From positions 22-64,021 of IMG/VR virus record IMGVR_UViG_3300017991_000109: 64,000 bases of DNA. One strand, written 5' to 3'. Every line of letters starts with the position of its first letter. The first letter of the stretch is position 1. Shown one piece after another: positions 19,831-29,519 of the stretch. The DNA comes from a virus (taxonomy: Duplodnaviria > Caudoviricetes). Under the pieces are notes generated by a model that worked only from the letters and a program-made list of their open reading frames with translations, did no database searches and was not told the origin of the DNA. Made by a program: the position numbers and the translations under genes.

Positions 19831-20169
19831 TTATTTTATTCCCAAACGATCTGAACCCCCCAATAATGCGGAAAGTGTTCGCAAAAGTGGGGTCTGGAAG
19901 CGTTCATTGAACTGAAAAAAGTGAATCAAGTAGCTGAGCATCCTCAACATGATCAGACCAATCGAACACGCCAAGGAGATCAGCCAAGCCAGCATCCCCG
20001 CTATGGCGGCTAGCTGATCAAATCCTCCTTGAAAAAAGATGACGATCCCCATCACAAAACCTACGAGTGGTGTAGCCCATTCGATAGGTGTTAATATTTT
20101 CATGCGGTCAAATTGAACAGGGAAGAGATCTTTTACCGTAACATCGTTCATACCTTCTAAGAACTCCAA
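19831..20169 (-). CDS. small membrane protein
   Basis: Two hydrophobic helices; start may be MKILTP. Confidence 0.6.
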   Translation of the reverse strand: MEFLEGMNDVTVKDLFPVQFDRMKILTPIEWATPLVGFVMGIVIFFQGGFDQLAAIAGMLAWLISLACSIGLIMLRMLSYLIHFFQFNERFQTPLLRTLSALLGGSDRLGIK

Positions 20170-20519
20170 CCACTTCCAAAATAATAGAATTTCCAGCCAA
20201 AGAGCCTAACCGCCCAGTATGCAGCAAACGCCCTCCAGCTTGCGACATCCTCAGAAACCATATCATGTGCGAATATTTTATCACACACATACCGTGAAAA
20301 AGCTTGTAGTTCATATAGCCTGTCATGCATGATCACAGATTTTATACCAAGATCGAATGGACTAACTAAAGCCCATAAGAATCTTGGTGAGGAGCCTAGA
20401 TCAGTTTGATAGTGAGCCGGAAAATGAATCTCTTTTCCTAACACTTCATACGTGACTGCGAACATCGTAGTCCACATACCTGTAGAGGGATGGTATGTCA
20501 CGTACATACGTTCCATCAC
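20157..20519 (-). CDS. DUF1353-family protein
   Basis: PAHYQTDLGSSPRFLW, VIMHDRLY and YWAVRLFG motifs. Confidence 0.85.
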   Translation of the reverse strand: MMERMYVTYHPSTGMWTTMFAVTYEVLGKEIHFPAHYQTDLGSSPRFLWALVSPFDLGIKSVIMHDRLYELQAFSRYVCDKIFAHDMVSEDVASWRAFAAYWAVRLFGWKFYYFGSGWSS

Positions 20520-20520
20520 A

Positions 20521-20709
20521 TTAACCCACTAAATCTATGCTCTGATCATCCAGATAATAGCCCCACAATTGGCACAGGTGGAAGTTCAACCTCCCGGCAA
20601 ATCTTTCGTGCGTGCGATCCGACTCGCTCACCAACCACTTTGCTTTCAATTTCCCCCATTCCGTATCGGCAGAAAAGGAAGCTCCAACTAATGTTCCATT
20701 ATTACTCAC
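20521..20709 (-). CDS. hypothetical protein
   Basis: 62 aa ORF filling the operon gap. Confidence 0.45.
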   Translation of the reverse strand: MSNNGTLVGASFSADTEWGKLKAKWLVSESDRTHERFAGRLNFHLCQLWGYYLDDQSIDLVG

Positions 20710-20983
20710 TTTCTATAGTTACCTCCACGTTTGGCAAAGCTGCAATGGTAGCATCCACGCTCTGTTCAATCTGGATTTTCTGTTCATTCAAGTGCTGCGC
20801 GATTCCCTTCTTCAATTCTCGAACAAGATTCGGCACCAGAACATTATCACGGTAGAACTGCGCGGGATCTCCGTTTAGTTCTTGGCTTACCCATCCGTGT
20901 TGTTTAGCGACAAGCTGCATCGGGTTAGCCCCGATCGATTCTTCCAGCGCATCCGGTATTCTAATTGGTAGATAGATTGTCAT
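20702..20983 (-). CDS. hypothetical protein (possible fibre chaperone)
   Basis: 93 aa ORF directly after the fibre-like genes. Confidence 0.6.
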   Translation of the reverse strand: MTIYLPIRIPDALEESIGANPMQLVAKQHGWVSQELNGDPAQFYRDNVLVPNLVRELKKGIAQHLNEQKIQIEQSVDATIAALPNVEVTIESE

Positions 20984-20994
20984 TTGTTCTTTGG

Positions 20995-21903
20995 TTAGAG
21001 ATTGGTTCCAGCGTCGATAGCCGGAGAAGATGATTGCAACGTGAAGTCTCCACTAGCTGCGTCCACGAAAAGCGGGTCGCCTGTTAACCCTCCAGTAGAA
21101 GATATACTGTTCCAAGTGCCTTGAGAATCATCTATACCTCCCGATCCCGATTCGTAGTATAGGTTGTTTGCCAGCACTGCATTATGAACTCCCGATTGAA
21201 TAGACCAAACGCAGTCTACGTTTTGCGAAGTATCGTTAACGACGATATTGTTTTTGAAGTTGACGGTATTGGCCGTGCCGTTGTTAAAGTATATCATCCC
21301 ATTGTCAGGGGCTAAACTTGAGCCAGTGAAGTAGAACGTGTTATTAAGCACATTGAAGGTCACGCCCCCCGTCCCTCCCACGCTCGATATCAGCGGGTCT
21401 TGCGTCTGCGCTAACGTCTTGTTCCAAACATTATTGCGGAAGGTAAGCGTAAGCGCGATCCCAGAAACTTCTATGGTCCCGTAGGTTCCTGCCCCGCTCA
21501 TACCCTCGAAAACACAATTCTCTATCACATGTTCTACGCTTGCATCGGCATAGTAAAAGGATAAACACCTAGAACGCGAAACAGCATAGTCCTTCAGTGT
21601 AATACCCGAGAAGCTGGTGACGGTTCCATAGAAATTAAATTCATAGGAGTAGCTACTTACCGCGTCGATTATACATGAATCAGCATCACCCGACTCTGAC
21701 CTATAAGACAGAGCCTTGCCTGCCGCCCCAGTTAAGCTTTCAGCGGTGCTTGATGATAGAGTGTAAGTGCCATCCTTTAGAATGATGGTGTCCCCGGTTG
21801 ACGCCTCGGTGCAGGCCTTATTAAATGTCTGATACGGAGTTCCACTGCTACCGTCCCCGGTCGAATCATTGCCTGAATCTAAATCGATATACCAATCTGC
21901 CAT
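20995..21903 (-). CDS. right-handed beta-helix (pectin-lyase-like) virion/adhesin protein
   Basis: YID..SGNDSTGDGS..PYQT..GDTI.LKDGTY N-terminus; NNTF/NNIV/NNLY coils; DPLFVDAASGDFTLQSSSPAIDAG C-terminus. Confidence 0.8.
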   Translation of the reverse strand: MADWYIDLDSGNDSTGDGSSGTPYQTFNKACTEASTGDTIILKDGTYTLSSSTAESLTGAAGKALSYRSESGDADSCIIDAVSSYSYEFNFYGTVTSFSGITLKDYAVSRSRCLSFYYADASVEHVIENCVFEGMSGAGTYGTIEVSGIALTLTFRNNVWNKTLAQTQDPLISSVGGTGGVTFNVLNNTFYFTGSSLAPDNGMIYFNNGTANTVNFKNNIVVNDTSQNVDCVWSIQSGVHNAVLANNLYYESGSGGIDDSQGTWNSISSTGGLTGDPLFVDAASGDFTLQSSSPAIDAGTNL

Positions 21904-21907
21904 AATT

Positions 21908-22960
21908 TTAGCTGGGTTGAATTGCTCCTATACTTACCTGCCAGTTCTGCACCACTGGCGTTCCATTCCTATCCGTTTCAATGCTGTTCCCTGCCGTGTC
22001 AGTGGTGTATAGGAAGTCATCACAGACCAGCCTCTCGGTGGTCGTGTCCACGCGCAAGGATACTCCCATTAATGCTTGTCGCCATGCCAGCGTTTGTGTG
22101 TCCCATAGGTAAAGCTCATCCGATCCAGAGGTAGAGTTTTCTTCCACCTTGACCGCTCCGCGTGTTTGGCTATCCGGTGTCTGCGAGTAGCTGCCAATCT
22201 TACAGGTTGAAAGGCGCTTTCCAAAAACGGCGGTAGGTGTGTAATCGTTCAAGTAGGCTTTGCCCTGCGCCCCGATCCAGGGATTGTCTGTGGCGATGTA
22301 GGCTTCGCTTTCCAGCGCAAATTTAAGGTCTCCAAAAATATCTAAGTCTCCCGAACCCCACCCAACGACTTCATTCCCATTAAAATCAGACAGAAATCTT
22401 TCCTCAATGGCCACAGCACTTGATCCCTCGAATGACAGTACTCCTTCCCCCAAGTGAATGTCCCCTATTGTCAATCCCTGAGAGTCGTCATTGAGAGTGA
22501 GAGATAAGAACGTAACGTTATCGAGGGAGGTAAGCTCTGCTGACTCTCGAACCTGACCTCCAGTGGCGGCATTGATAAATTCACCATCTCCGTATAGGAG
22601 ACCACTCACATCAGTTCCAGTTCCTCCGTCTTCGATGGAAGTTGAAAGCTGCACGTTAGTCCAAGCCGATCCGTTCCATTGGAGAAAATCGTTAGTTGCT
22701 AAAGTCAGCCCTGAGGTATCAATCCCTCTCGCAATTTCAACATACTCAGATCCAGCCCAGCGATAAAGCTTTTCAGTATCATCAGCAACATAGATCCCTG
22801 TAGACTCCCCTGTCAATGGAAATGCAGCTTGGTTAGCCGCGACAGAGAGTTCTGCGAATCCAGAAGGGTCTGAATCACCTAAGAGTGTAATAGCATCCCT
22901 GAGGTTGAACACATCCCCATTAGCCAGCACAATCTGATCTTTTCTGTGATCTAGTAACAT
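21908..22960 (-). CDS. tail fibre / receptor-binding-like protein
   Basis: FPLTGE..IYVADDT.KLYRWAGSEYVEI and DFLQWNGSAWTN fibre motifs. Confidence 0.7.
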   Translation of the reverse strand: MLLDHRKDQIVLANGDVFNLRDAITLLGDSDPSGFAELSVAANQAAFPLTGESTGIYVADDTEKLYRWAGSEYVEIARGIDTSGLTLATNDFLQWNGSAWTNVQLSTSIEDGGTGTDVSGLLYGDGEFINAATGGQVRESAELTSLDNVTFLSLTLNDDSQGLTIGDIHLGEGVLSFEGSSAVAIEERFLSDFNGNEVVGWGSGDLDIFGDLKFALESEAYIATDNPWIGAQGKAYLNDYTPTAVFGKRLSTCKIGSYSQTPDSQTRGAVKVEENSTSGSDELYLWDTQTLAWRQALMGVSLRVDTTTERLVCDDFLYTTDTAGNSIETDRNGTPVVQNWQVSIGAIQPS

Positions 22961-22969
22961 CTCCTATAA

Positions 22970-24079
22970 CTAGCTGTTAGACATACCTGTCAGTACCAAG
23001 GAAACATTAAAATCCAAGTTAAGTGTGTGCTCGTTTGTGAGCATGACTGTGACATCAGTGTTATTGAAAGCGATCGACACTGTAGGAGGGTCAATAGATT
23101 CATGAGTTCCTACAACATCAACAGTTGCTGAATCAGAAGCTGTTGAGCCAGAAGCATCAACTTCAGCCACACCTTGGACTTCGATACCTAACATCTGACC
23201 ATCAGTAGCTTTCGCCATGACAAACAATTTGTAATACCAAACACCTTCAGGAACTGCAAAGGTCTCCGAAGAGGTTTCAGTAGGTAGAATCGAGGTCTCG
23301 GTGAACGAGAACGTGTATGTTCCGTCTTCCGTAGGTTCTACCCCCTCTGGGAGTGTTCCGCTATTTGATAGAATGGTCACGATGTCTCCTGTATCGACTG
23401 TTGTCAAAGTTCCGAACTCAAGATGTGGTCCTCCCTTAACTGGGAGATCATCATCAGCAGGTCTTAGTTGTGTAATAATGTCTGCGTACCAAGCAGGTTC
23501 TTTACCCTTCGTTCGGGTATCGAGAACTCTATCGGGAATATTCGAGCCCCAGAATTGGGTAAGCTCGCAGTTCAGTGTAATATGTAAAGGAACTGTCGAA
23601 TTCTGAAAATAGTCTTCAGGTTCCGAAGTCACTGTAATGACATCATACAACCTACCTTTGTAGAGTAATCGATCTCCAGTCCTTGGCCAATAATTGGCTT
23701 TGTGTAACTGTAAAAGACCTATAGCGACTTTTAAATCTTGCTTCAGCTCCTCACCAACAGCCGATAGTTTCCACTCTGGAGAGTCCTGTTTTACAACAGC
23801 ATGGAGTTTTATTAGCCGATCGAATTCTAAATCTCCATCCAATGGTTCGAAATCGAGAGGATCAATATCCGCGCAAGTAGTCTTTAGCTCCTTAAAAGTC
23901 ACTCGTGGGAAATTCGTGTACCACTCATCAAGAATATTGAGATTCTCAGCCAAATCCATGAGACCAGTAGTTGGTAGCCTACCAGTCTCGACATTAAGTG
24001 CCCTTAGAAGACCGTCTAGATCATAGCCGTGCCACAATTCTTGCTCGTAATACCAAAACTTCTGATCTTCAAATTTCAT
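22970..24079 (-). CDS. neck/head-completion protein (gp14-like) with C-terminal extension
   Basis: WPRTGDRLLYKGRLYDV..YFQ..LNCEL resembles head-closure proteins; beta-rich C-terminal domain. Confidence 0.55.
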   Translation of the reverse strand: MKFEDQKFWYYEQELWHGYDLDGLLRALNVETGRLPTTGLMDLAENLNILDEWYTNFPRVTFKELKTTCADIDPLDFEPLDGDLEFDRLIKLHAVVKQDSPEWKLSAVGEELKQDLKVAIGLLQLHKANYWPRTGDRLLYKGRLYDVITVTSEPEDYFQNSTVPLHITLNCELTQFWGSNIPDRVLDTRTKGKEPAWYADIITQLRPADDDLPVKGGPHLEFGTLTTVDTGDIVTILSNSGTLPEGVEPTEDGTYTFSFTETSILPTETSSETFAVPEGVWYYKLFVMAKATDGQMLGIEVQGVAEVDASGSTASDSATVDVVGTHESIDPPTVSIAFNNTDVTVMLTNEHTLNLDFNVSLVLTGMSNS

Positions 24080-24369
24080 TCTACACTCCTAACCTCTTTT
24101 TCAAGCTCTGCTTCCAGTAGACTCCTAAGCCGAGACCCAAATTGCAAAGCAGGAACTTTCTGAATTGAAGAGCCATACTCAAGAAGTTGTAACTCATAAT
24201 TCCCTCGTGTGATCTCCCCTTCCTCATCGCAAGTAATTATTCCAGGGAGCTTCATCAACTGTTTGAACAGTTCCTCGCTCACATTTTTTTGCAAGACAGG
24301 AGCCGCTTCTTCCATCATTGGTCGAAGATTGGTTCTTAAAAAAGAGGTTACTTCCACAGCATTCAACAT
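24076..24369 (-). CDS. hypothetical protein (possible neck/tail completion)
   Basis: LLEYGS..VPA motif seen in head-tail joining proteins. Confidence 0.5.
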   Translation of the reverse strand: MLNAVEVTSFLRTNLRPMMEEAAPVLQKNVSEELFKQLMKLPGIITCDEEGEITRGNYELQLLEYGSSIQKVPALQFGSRLRSLLEAELEKEVRSVE

Positions 24370-24390
24370 AACTAACTATAGGTAGACGCT

Positions 24391-26859
24391 ATGTTCAGAT
24401 TCCTAGACCAACGATTTAAAGAAACTGGTAAGAGTTCGAAAGGACTCGGAGATGAGATCGAACGTCTCGGAAAGCGTAGTGTTATCAGCACAAAGCAACT
24501 CAAAGAGCATAACACACTCTTTGGTAAATTAGCGAATACTCTAGACCAGAGCACCGCTATCGTAAAAAAGTATGGTTTAGAACACTATGATCTTTCAAAA
24601 CAAGTCATCCGTGGCACTGCCTTAATAGGTAAAAGCGGAAAGGAATATCAGCGGAATGCTGAGCTAATCGCGAAGCAAGCTTTTGAACTTTCAAAAGCTA
24701 CAGGTAAAAGCTACGAAGAATCCCGTGCTTTCATGGCAAAAATGGGTCATGCCTACAAAGTAGCAACTGGCAAGCAGCTTGAGTACACAGCTACTACAAA
24801 TAAAGCAGCAGAAGCTATTGCACTCGTCCGTAAGCAATTCAACGACATGCAAAAAGGTGTGGGTTTACTCCCTGATGGTATCAAAGAAACTTTCACAAAA
24901 GCAGGTGGTCACTTAAAAGACCTTTATGAAAAGATACCAGAAAATATTCGCGACACAGTAGAGCAATACACCAAAATGGGCAAAGAGTGGGCTGAAAAAG
25001 GCTATAAAATGGCTATTCAGGCTCTCGAAGCTGAGCAGATGCGTCAATTCCATGCCCAGACAGCAGAGGACCGAATGGTAGAAACTGCTTCCCATGTTGG
25101 TAGGCTCATGGGTATGTCAGATGATTCCGTAGCTGGTATGATGCGGAACATGAAGGATCTTCGCATGGACTCCGACAGTGTAAGTCAGGTATTTGCTGAT
25201 GCATGGGGTTTAGCAGAATTCGGCCTATCAGGTGAAACATCAGCCGCTGTCATCAGTGAAAACATGATGCACATCTTCGGAATCGAAGAGCAGGGTCGTC
25301 AGGCATATATCAAAAATCTGATGAAGAGCGCCACTCTCTTCGAAGGTGCAGGTAAACATTTTGAAAAGTTTACAAAAGCTTTAAATCCAGACGAGGGAGA
25401 ACAAGCAATTCAAAGTGCTGCTAGGATGGCAGCTTTCTCTGACAGATCTATATCTGAAATCCTTGATGACCAAGCTATGGCTAATCAAGGTGATGCCGAT
25501 GCGAAAGTCCGCATGCAAGGAGTCCATCGTGCCATTGCACAAACTATGGATAAAATGTCGGGAGGTGGCTTCCTTAAGAAGATGACCGCAGCCTCGACAG
25601 GTGATAGGGAGGGTGCAAAAGGGCTGGGTATGCAACAAGCTATCATGGGCGTCTTCAGAGGTCTTGGTTTTGGAGGAGGGATATCCTCAAGCCAAGATGT
25701 AGCTGCGTTGTTAAGACAGACTCCTGGGGAAGCCATGGGTAAAGGTCGAGAAGGCTTCTTAGATGCATTGAACTCTAACCCCGGAAGTACTCCTGCAGAT
25801 GTTATGAAAGCAGGTGCTGGAGCTACTGATACGGACGAAAAGACTCAGCAATATAAAGCTATTATCGATGGAGCAATGTTTAACTTAGTTAACGCTGCCA
25901 CGAACCTAGAAACAGTTAGTGAAGGACTTGCTGCTTTTCGTGGAGCCTCTCATCTCGGAGAGGTCTTTAAGAGCATTCTAGAACCTGCAATCAAACTAGC
26001 CTCTATTTTTGGAACAGTCCTTATTGTTGTAGAACTGTTCGAATCTGCAATGGAGAAATTACCTAGTACAATTGAAACCATTAGCGGGATATTAGAAAAA
26101 ACGCAAGAAAAAATGCAAGCAGGATTCGAATGGTTCGAAAGACTTGAGGCACATGTGAAGACAGAGATCAAAGACACAAAAGAAACTGTAAAAAAGACCT
26201 CCAAAGCAGTTGTAGGGGGAATAACCTCTACGAATCCTGTCTTAGGAGGCGTACTTTCAGGTGCAAGAAAAATTATGGAACATGCTAGTGGTGGCCCAAA
26301 GATTGAGGGGAGGGCTTCAGGAGGACCTATTTCTGCTGGACGACCTGTTGTGGTAGGTGAAGAAGGTCCTGAACTCGTTGTACCTAATACAGGAGGTACA
26401 GTTATCCCAAACCAATATATGGGTTACTTCACAAACCCTAATACAGGTGAGAGAGAATGGGGCTTACAAGGAGGGGGAAATCTTGCATCAGGTAACCACG
26501 GAGGTTACATGGGTTTTAATTCTACCACAGGTAAAATGGAGTGGGTGAAACCTGGAGGTAAATCTAGAAATACAGCTCACATGGATAAAGACGGTGGAGG
26601 TCTAAATTTCATGTCGGGCAGGTACAATCCTATACTAGGAAATAACACCCTTTCTGTAGAGAAAGCTAAGCTTAACTCAATCCAAGAGCCACAATCATCC
26701 CCTGCCCCGAAGCCAACACAAAATGCTACGGCTGAAGCTGCAAAGGCAACAGCAGAGCGTATCCGACATGCCTCTAAGTCTAAGGAGGCAGACCTCCTAG
26801 AGGCTATTCTAGAAGAACTTTCTAGCTGGGGAGCTAAAGCCGCTTACGGAGGTATCTAA
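24391..26859 (+). CDS. tape measure protein-like
   Basis: Long Ala/Gly/Met-rich helical protein; RASGGPISAGRPVVVGEEGPELVVP motif typical of TMP C-termini. Confidence 0.8.
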   Translation: MFRFLDQRFKETGKSSKGLGDEIERLGKRSVISTKQLKEHNTLFGKLANTLDQSTAIVKKYGLEHYDLSKQVIRGTALIGKSGKEYQRNAELIAKQAFELSKATGKSYEESRAFMAKMGHAYKVATGKQLEYTATTNKAAEAIALVRKQFNDMQKGVGLLPDGIKETFTKAGGHLKDLYEKIPENIRDTVEQYTKMGKEWAEKGYKMAIQALEAEQMRQFHAQTAEDRMVETASHVGRLMGMSDDSVAGMMRNMKDLRMDSDSVSQVFADAWGLAEFGLSGETSAAVISENMMHIFGIEEQGRQAYIKNLMKSATLFEGAGKHFEKFTKALNPDEGEQAIQSAARMAAFSDRSISEILDDQAMANQGDADAKVRMQGVHRAIAQTMDKMSGGGFLKKMTAASTGDREGAKGLGMQQAIMGVFRGLGFGGGISSSQDVAALLRQTPGEAMGKGREGFLDALNSNPGSTPADVMKAGAGATDTDEKTQQYKAIIDGAMFNLVNAATNLETVSEGLAAFRGASHLGEVFKSILEPAIKLASIFGTVLIVVELFESAMEKLPSTIETISGILEKTQEKMQAGFEWFERLEAHVKTEIKDTKETVKKTSKAVVGGITSTNPVLGGVLSGARKIMEHASGGPKIEGRASGGPISAGRPVVVGEEGPELVVPNTGGTVIPNQYMGYFTNPNTGEREWGLQGGGNLASGNHGGYMGFNSTTGKMEWVKPGGKSRNTAHMDKDGGGLNFMSGRYNPILGNNTLSVEKAKLNSIQEPQSSPAPKPTQNATAEAAKATAERIRHASKSKEADLLEAILEELSSWGAKAAYGGI

Positions 26860-26860
26860 G

Positions 26861-26890
26861 AAAAAGGGACACTCTTTCGAGTGCCCCTTC
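26861..26890 (-). terminator. rho-independent terminator
   Basis: Minus strand GGGGCACTC-GAAA-GAGTGTCCC-TTTTT, between convergent genes. Confidence 0.85.
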
Positions 26891-26920
26891 ATTTCATTGT
26901 TTGTTACCAGTGATAAGAGA

Positions 26921-27652
26921 TTATTCTGGCCATGCGTCCGCACCGTAAACGGCAATACCGTTGTCGGTAGTAGCAACCTGTCCATCTTTACCATAACCGC
27001 TCTTCGCGATAAGGTCGATGTCGAGCTGTCCGAAATACGGATCTCCACGGTGCTGGATGTCCAGACGGCAATATCCAGGTCCGGTTACTCCTTTACCAGT
27101 CACCTTGATGTATCGCTTGTTGGTCATAACAGCGGCATCTTCGGTTCCACCAGGAGCAACTTCGATGAAGGTACCAACAGTGCTATAAGTCACAGAAGTT
27201 CCATCATCATCGAAGTCAACAACTGCGCCACCCTTGGTAGCCGAAACTCGGAAAGTGTTTGTAGTAGCGTCGATGACGTAATACTCTTGACCTTCTACAA
27301 TTCCGGTCGGAACGGCAGTACCACCGAAGGTGATAATATCGTTGTTGGTTAAACCGTGGTCGTTATCAGTGAATAGATCTTCTGAAGCACCACCTGTAGC
27401 ATCAGCGACAACAGCAGTAGCTGCGCCAGCGGCTGTTAGTGATGTCCATGTTACACGGTCGTTGGATTCATAGATGTTGAATTTCAGGGTTGATCCTGCC
27501 TTCATTCCGCCTTCTCCAGCACGAGCGATCTTCTCACCGTTGTTGAAGAAAAGGAAATTCATCTTACCAGTTTTTTCTTTGACTTGGTAAACTGCAATGT
27601 CTTCCTCGTTGAGAGTAGCCACTGCCAAGTCGTCTACTAGATTAGCTGCCAT
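26921..27652 (-). CDS. virion decoration-like protein with inserted beta-barrel domain
   Basis: Paralog of 63233..63598; insert DHGLTNNDIITF..GQEYYVIDATTNTFRVS. Confidence 0.6.
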   Translation of the reverse strand: MAANLVDDLAVATLNEEDIAVYQVKEKTGKMNFLFFNNGEKIARAGEGGMKAGSTLKFNIYESNDRVTWTSLTAAGAATAVVADATGGASEDLFTDNDHGLTNNDIITFGGTAVPTGIVEGQEYYVIDATTNTFRVSATKGGAVVDFDDDGTSVTYSTVGTFIEVAPGGTEDAAVMTNKRYIKVTGKGVTGPGYCRLDIQHRGDPYFGQLDIDLIAKSGYGKDGQVATTDNGIAVYGADAWPE

Positions 27653-27656
27653 TTCT

Positions 27657-27956
27657 TTATTGTTTTTGGGTTAGTTTGAAAATCATGTTTGGTACATTCG
27701 AGAGATTCACCTCCAGACAAGCTGCTTTAAATCGAACTTGTTTTCCGGCTGCTCGAAGACGCTTAACGACTTCATCTTTCAGAGCCTCATAGTCATCAAC
27801 ATTGACAGGACTCAATCGGAGCAGACAGGAATTAGCCTCTCCATCCCAATTGAAGCCTTCAACCGATGCTAATAACTCAAGTTCTTCCAGATATGAAATC
27901 ACAGTATCCATAAAAGGATTCTGCTGAGTTTCAAGCTGTTCTCGTAGGGTACGCAT
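27657..27956 (-). CDS. hypothetical protein
   Basis: 99 aa ORF; TAGTTAT upstream. Confidence 0.65.
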   Translation of the reverse strand: MRTLREQLETQQNPFMDTVISYLEELELLASVEGFNWDGEANSCLLRLSPVNVDDYEALKDEVVKRLRAAGKQVRFKAACLEVNLSNVPNMIFKLTQKQ

Positions 27957-28031
27957 GATTCGTTCTTTCCCAAATAACTAGGGGAGGCATACCGAACAAC
28001 AAATTTATTCTGAAGGTCAGAATAAAAATGC

Positions 28032-28298
28032 TTAGTTTATAGATCTGTCTCGACAGGCTACCGAGAGATCTGTAGTCTTTTTGATGACATCTAGAGGCGC
28101 TTTTTCGAAAGCATTAGAACGAATTGCAAGCTCCAAGCTCGAAGACACTTCAGCCAAGAAAGATCTTGTCACTAAAATCTCTTCATTACCTTCAACGATA
28201 AATTGCTTTACCTCGCCATCTACTACCTTATTGAAGAAAATCGGGTTCTCAAAATCCTCCGGTGAGGTCTTTTCTTCTTTTTCTTGATCTTTAGCCAT
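28032..28298 (-). CDS. hypothetical protein
   Basis: 88 aa ORF. Confidence 0.6.
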   Translation of the reverse strand: MAKDQEKEEKTSPEDFENPIFFNKVVDGEVKQFIVEGNEEILVTRSFLAEVSSSLELAIRSNAFEKAPLDVIKKTTDLSVACRDRSIN

Positions 28299-28519
28299 TT
28301 TGGTTTTTTCTTAGGTTTAGGTTCTTCTTCTCCTAAGAACTCCAACTCAAGAAATGACAGCACAAAAAGACGAAGAAAGTTTCCGACTGTCCTTCGATCT
28401 GTTTCTCCACGAGCCCAACCCTTCTTCTCCAAGAAGTTACAAACTCTCTTAATCAAGATAGAAATACCTATCTTTTGACAGAGGTTTGCTCGGTTGGTCT
28501 CAATGTAGAAATTACTCAT
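28223..28519 (-). CDS. hypothetical basic protein
   Basis: Likely start MSNFYIE overlapping the upstream stop; Lys-rich tail. Confidence 0.5.
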   Translation of the reverse strand: MSNFYIETNRANLCQKIGISILIKRVCNFLEKKGWARGETDRRTVGNFLRLFVLSFLELEFLGEEEPKPKKKPKWLKIKKKKKRPHRRILRTRFSSIR

Positions 28520-28742
28520 ACTGTACGGTGTATATATATTGTTGAAGGGCTGCATAACACGCTTTTGCGTAGAAAGAGCAGAGGATCTCACCAGTCGATA
28601 ATCCACTTTCGGCTGCTTCATGTATATCCTGAAGTAATGCTTCTTGCCCTGTATCTCGAAGGTATTGTTCCATCCCCACGGGGCAAAGGACAGTCTGGCC
28701 TACAAAGTAAGTCTTTGGTTGTTTGAAGTTCTGGTAGTTCAT
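28512..28742 (-). pseudogene. possible truncated ThyX N-terminal fragment
   Basis: PKTYFVGQT..GMEQYL..GEILCSFYAKACY resembles ThyX N-termini; only 76 aa with no RHR motif; follows TMK. Confidence 0.45.
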
Positions 28743-29326
28743 GGCATTAGAAAATCAACTTCTGCACTGATGTCATTATCAAGCTGGTCGAGGTCATTAT
28801 CTCCTTCAAAGACCAGCCACTGATTGTCCTCGCTCACACCGTTTAGGTCCTTAGCAAGCTCCAAATAACGTGTCCGAGTTACTGTCTGGAAACCATAGTC
28901 GTTGAAGTTGTCTATCTCTTCCCTATCGTTGATTCGACTCGAAGCCGTTAGGGGATCGATGTCAAGAAGGATCACCAAATGAGGCTTGACAATGCAGGGC
29001 TCCATAAGGGCAGTTACCAACGCGCCGTTACTTGATGACAGGTAACGAGACTGGTAGGCATAGAATGTGTAGACACTCCGGTCCATGATTGTCACTTCTC
29101 CTGCGATTTCCCTGCCCATTAAGACCTCTCCCATCCGTGCATGCAGGAGCGCCATGAGAAGGCACTGAGTTGCTTCATCTTGGTTCTCGTTCAGGAAATT
29201 CCTTATCTCATTACCTAGACCCAGTTCATCAAAAGGATGGAACACTTCAGTATCGAGGCGCTCTGCCAAGCGTTTTGCCTGAGTTGTTTTCCCAGACCCA
29301 TCTATTCCTTCGAATGCGATTATCAT
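28739..29326 (-). CDS. tmk: thymidylate kinase
   Basis: IAFEGIDGSGKTTQ P-loop; MDRS..YAYQ; KPHLVILLDID. Confidence 0.95.
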   Translation of the reverse strand: MIIAFEGIDGSGKTTQAKRLAERLDTEVFHPFDELGLGNEIRNFLNENQDEATQCLLMALLHARMGEVLMGREIAGEVTIMDRSVYTFYAYQSRYLSSSNGALVTALMEPCIVKPHLVILLDIDPLTASSRINDREEIDNFNDYGFQTVTRTRYLELAKDLNGVSEDNQWLVFEGDNDLDQLDNDISAEVDFLMP

Positions 29327-29336
29327 ACGTAAAATC

Positions 29337-29519
29337 CTATCTATCTTCTACTAGTTTCCACAGTTTCTCTTCTCCGTCAAGTGGTCCATCTGGAAAGGTA
29401 TCTCTATGCTCTTTGATTCCTTTAATGAGTTCTTCAAGCCTGTCCGCAGCTAACGCGGACGGTCTATAAACTCCTGATGAATTTAGCCGAAGCCATTCTA
29501 TAAGTTCTTGATCATTCAT
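29337..29519 (-). CDS. hypothetical protein
   Basis: Likely start MNDQELIEWL. Confidence 0.55.
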   Translation of the reverse strand: MNDQELIEWLRLNSSGVYRPSALAADRLEELIKGIKEHRDTFPDGPLDGEEKLWKLVEDR

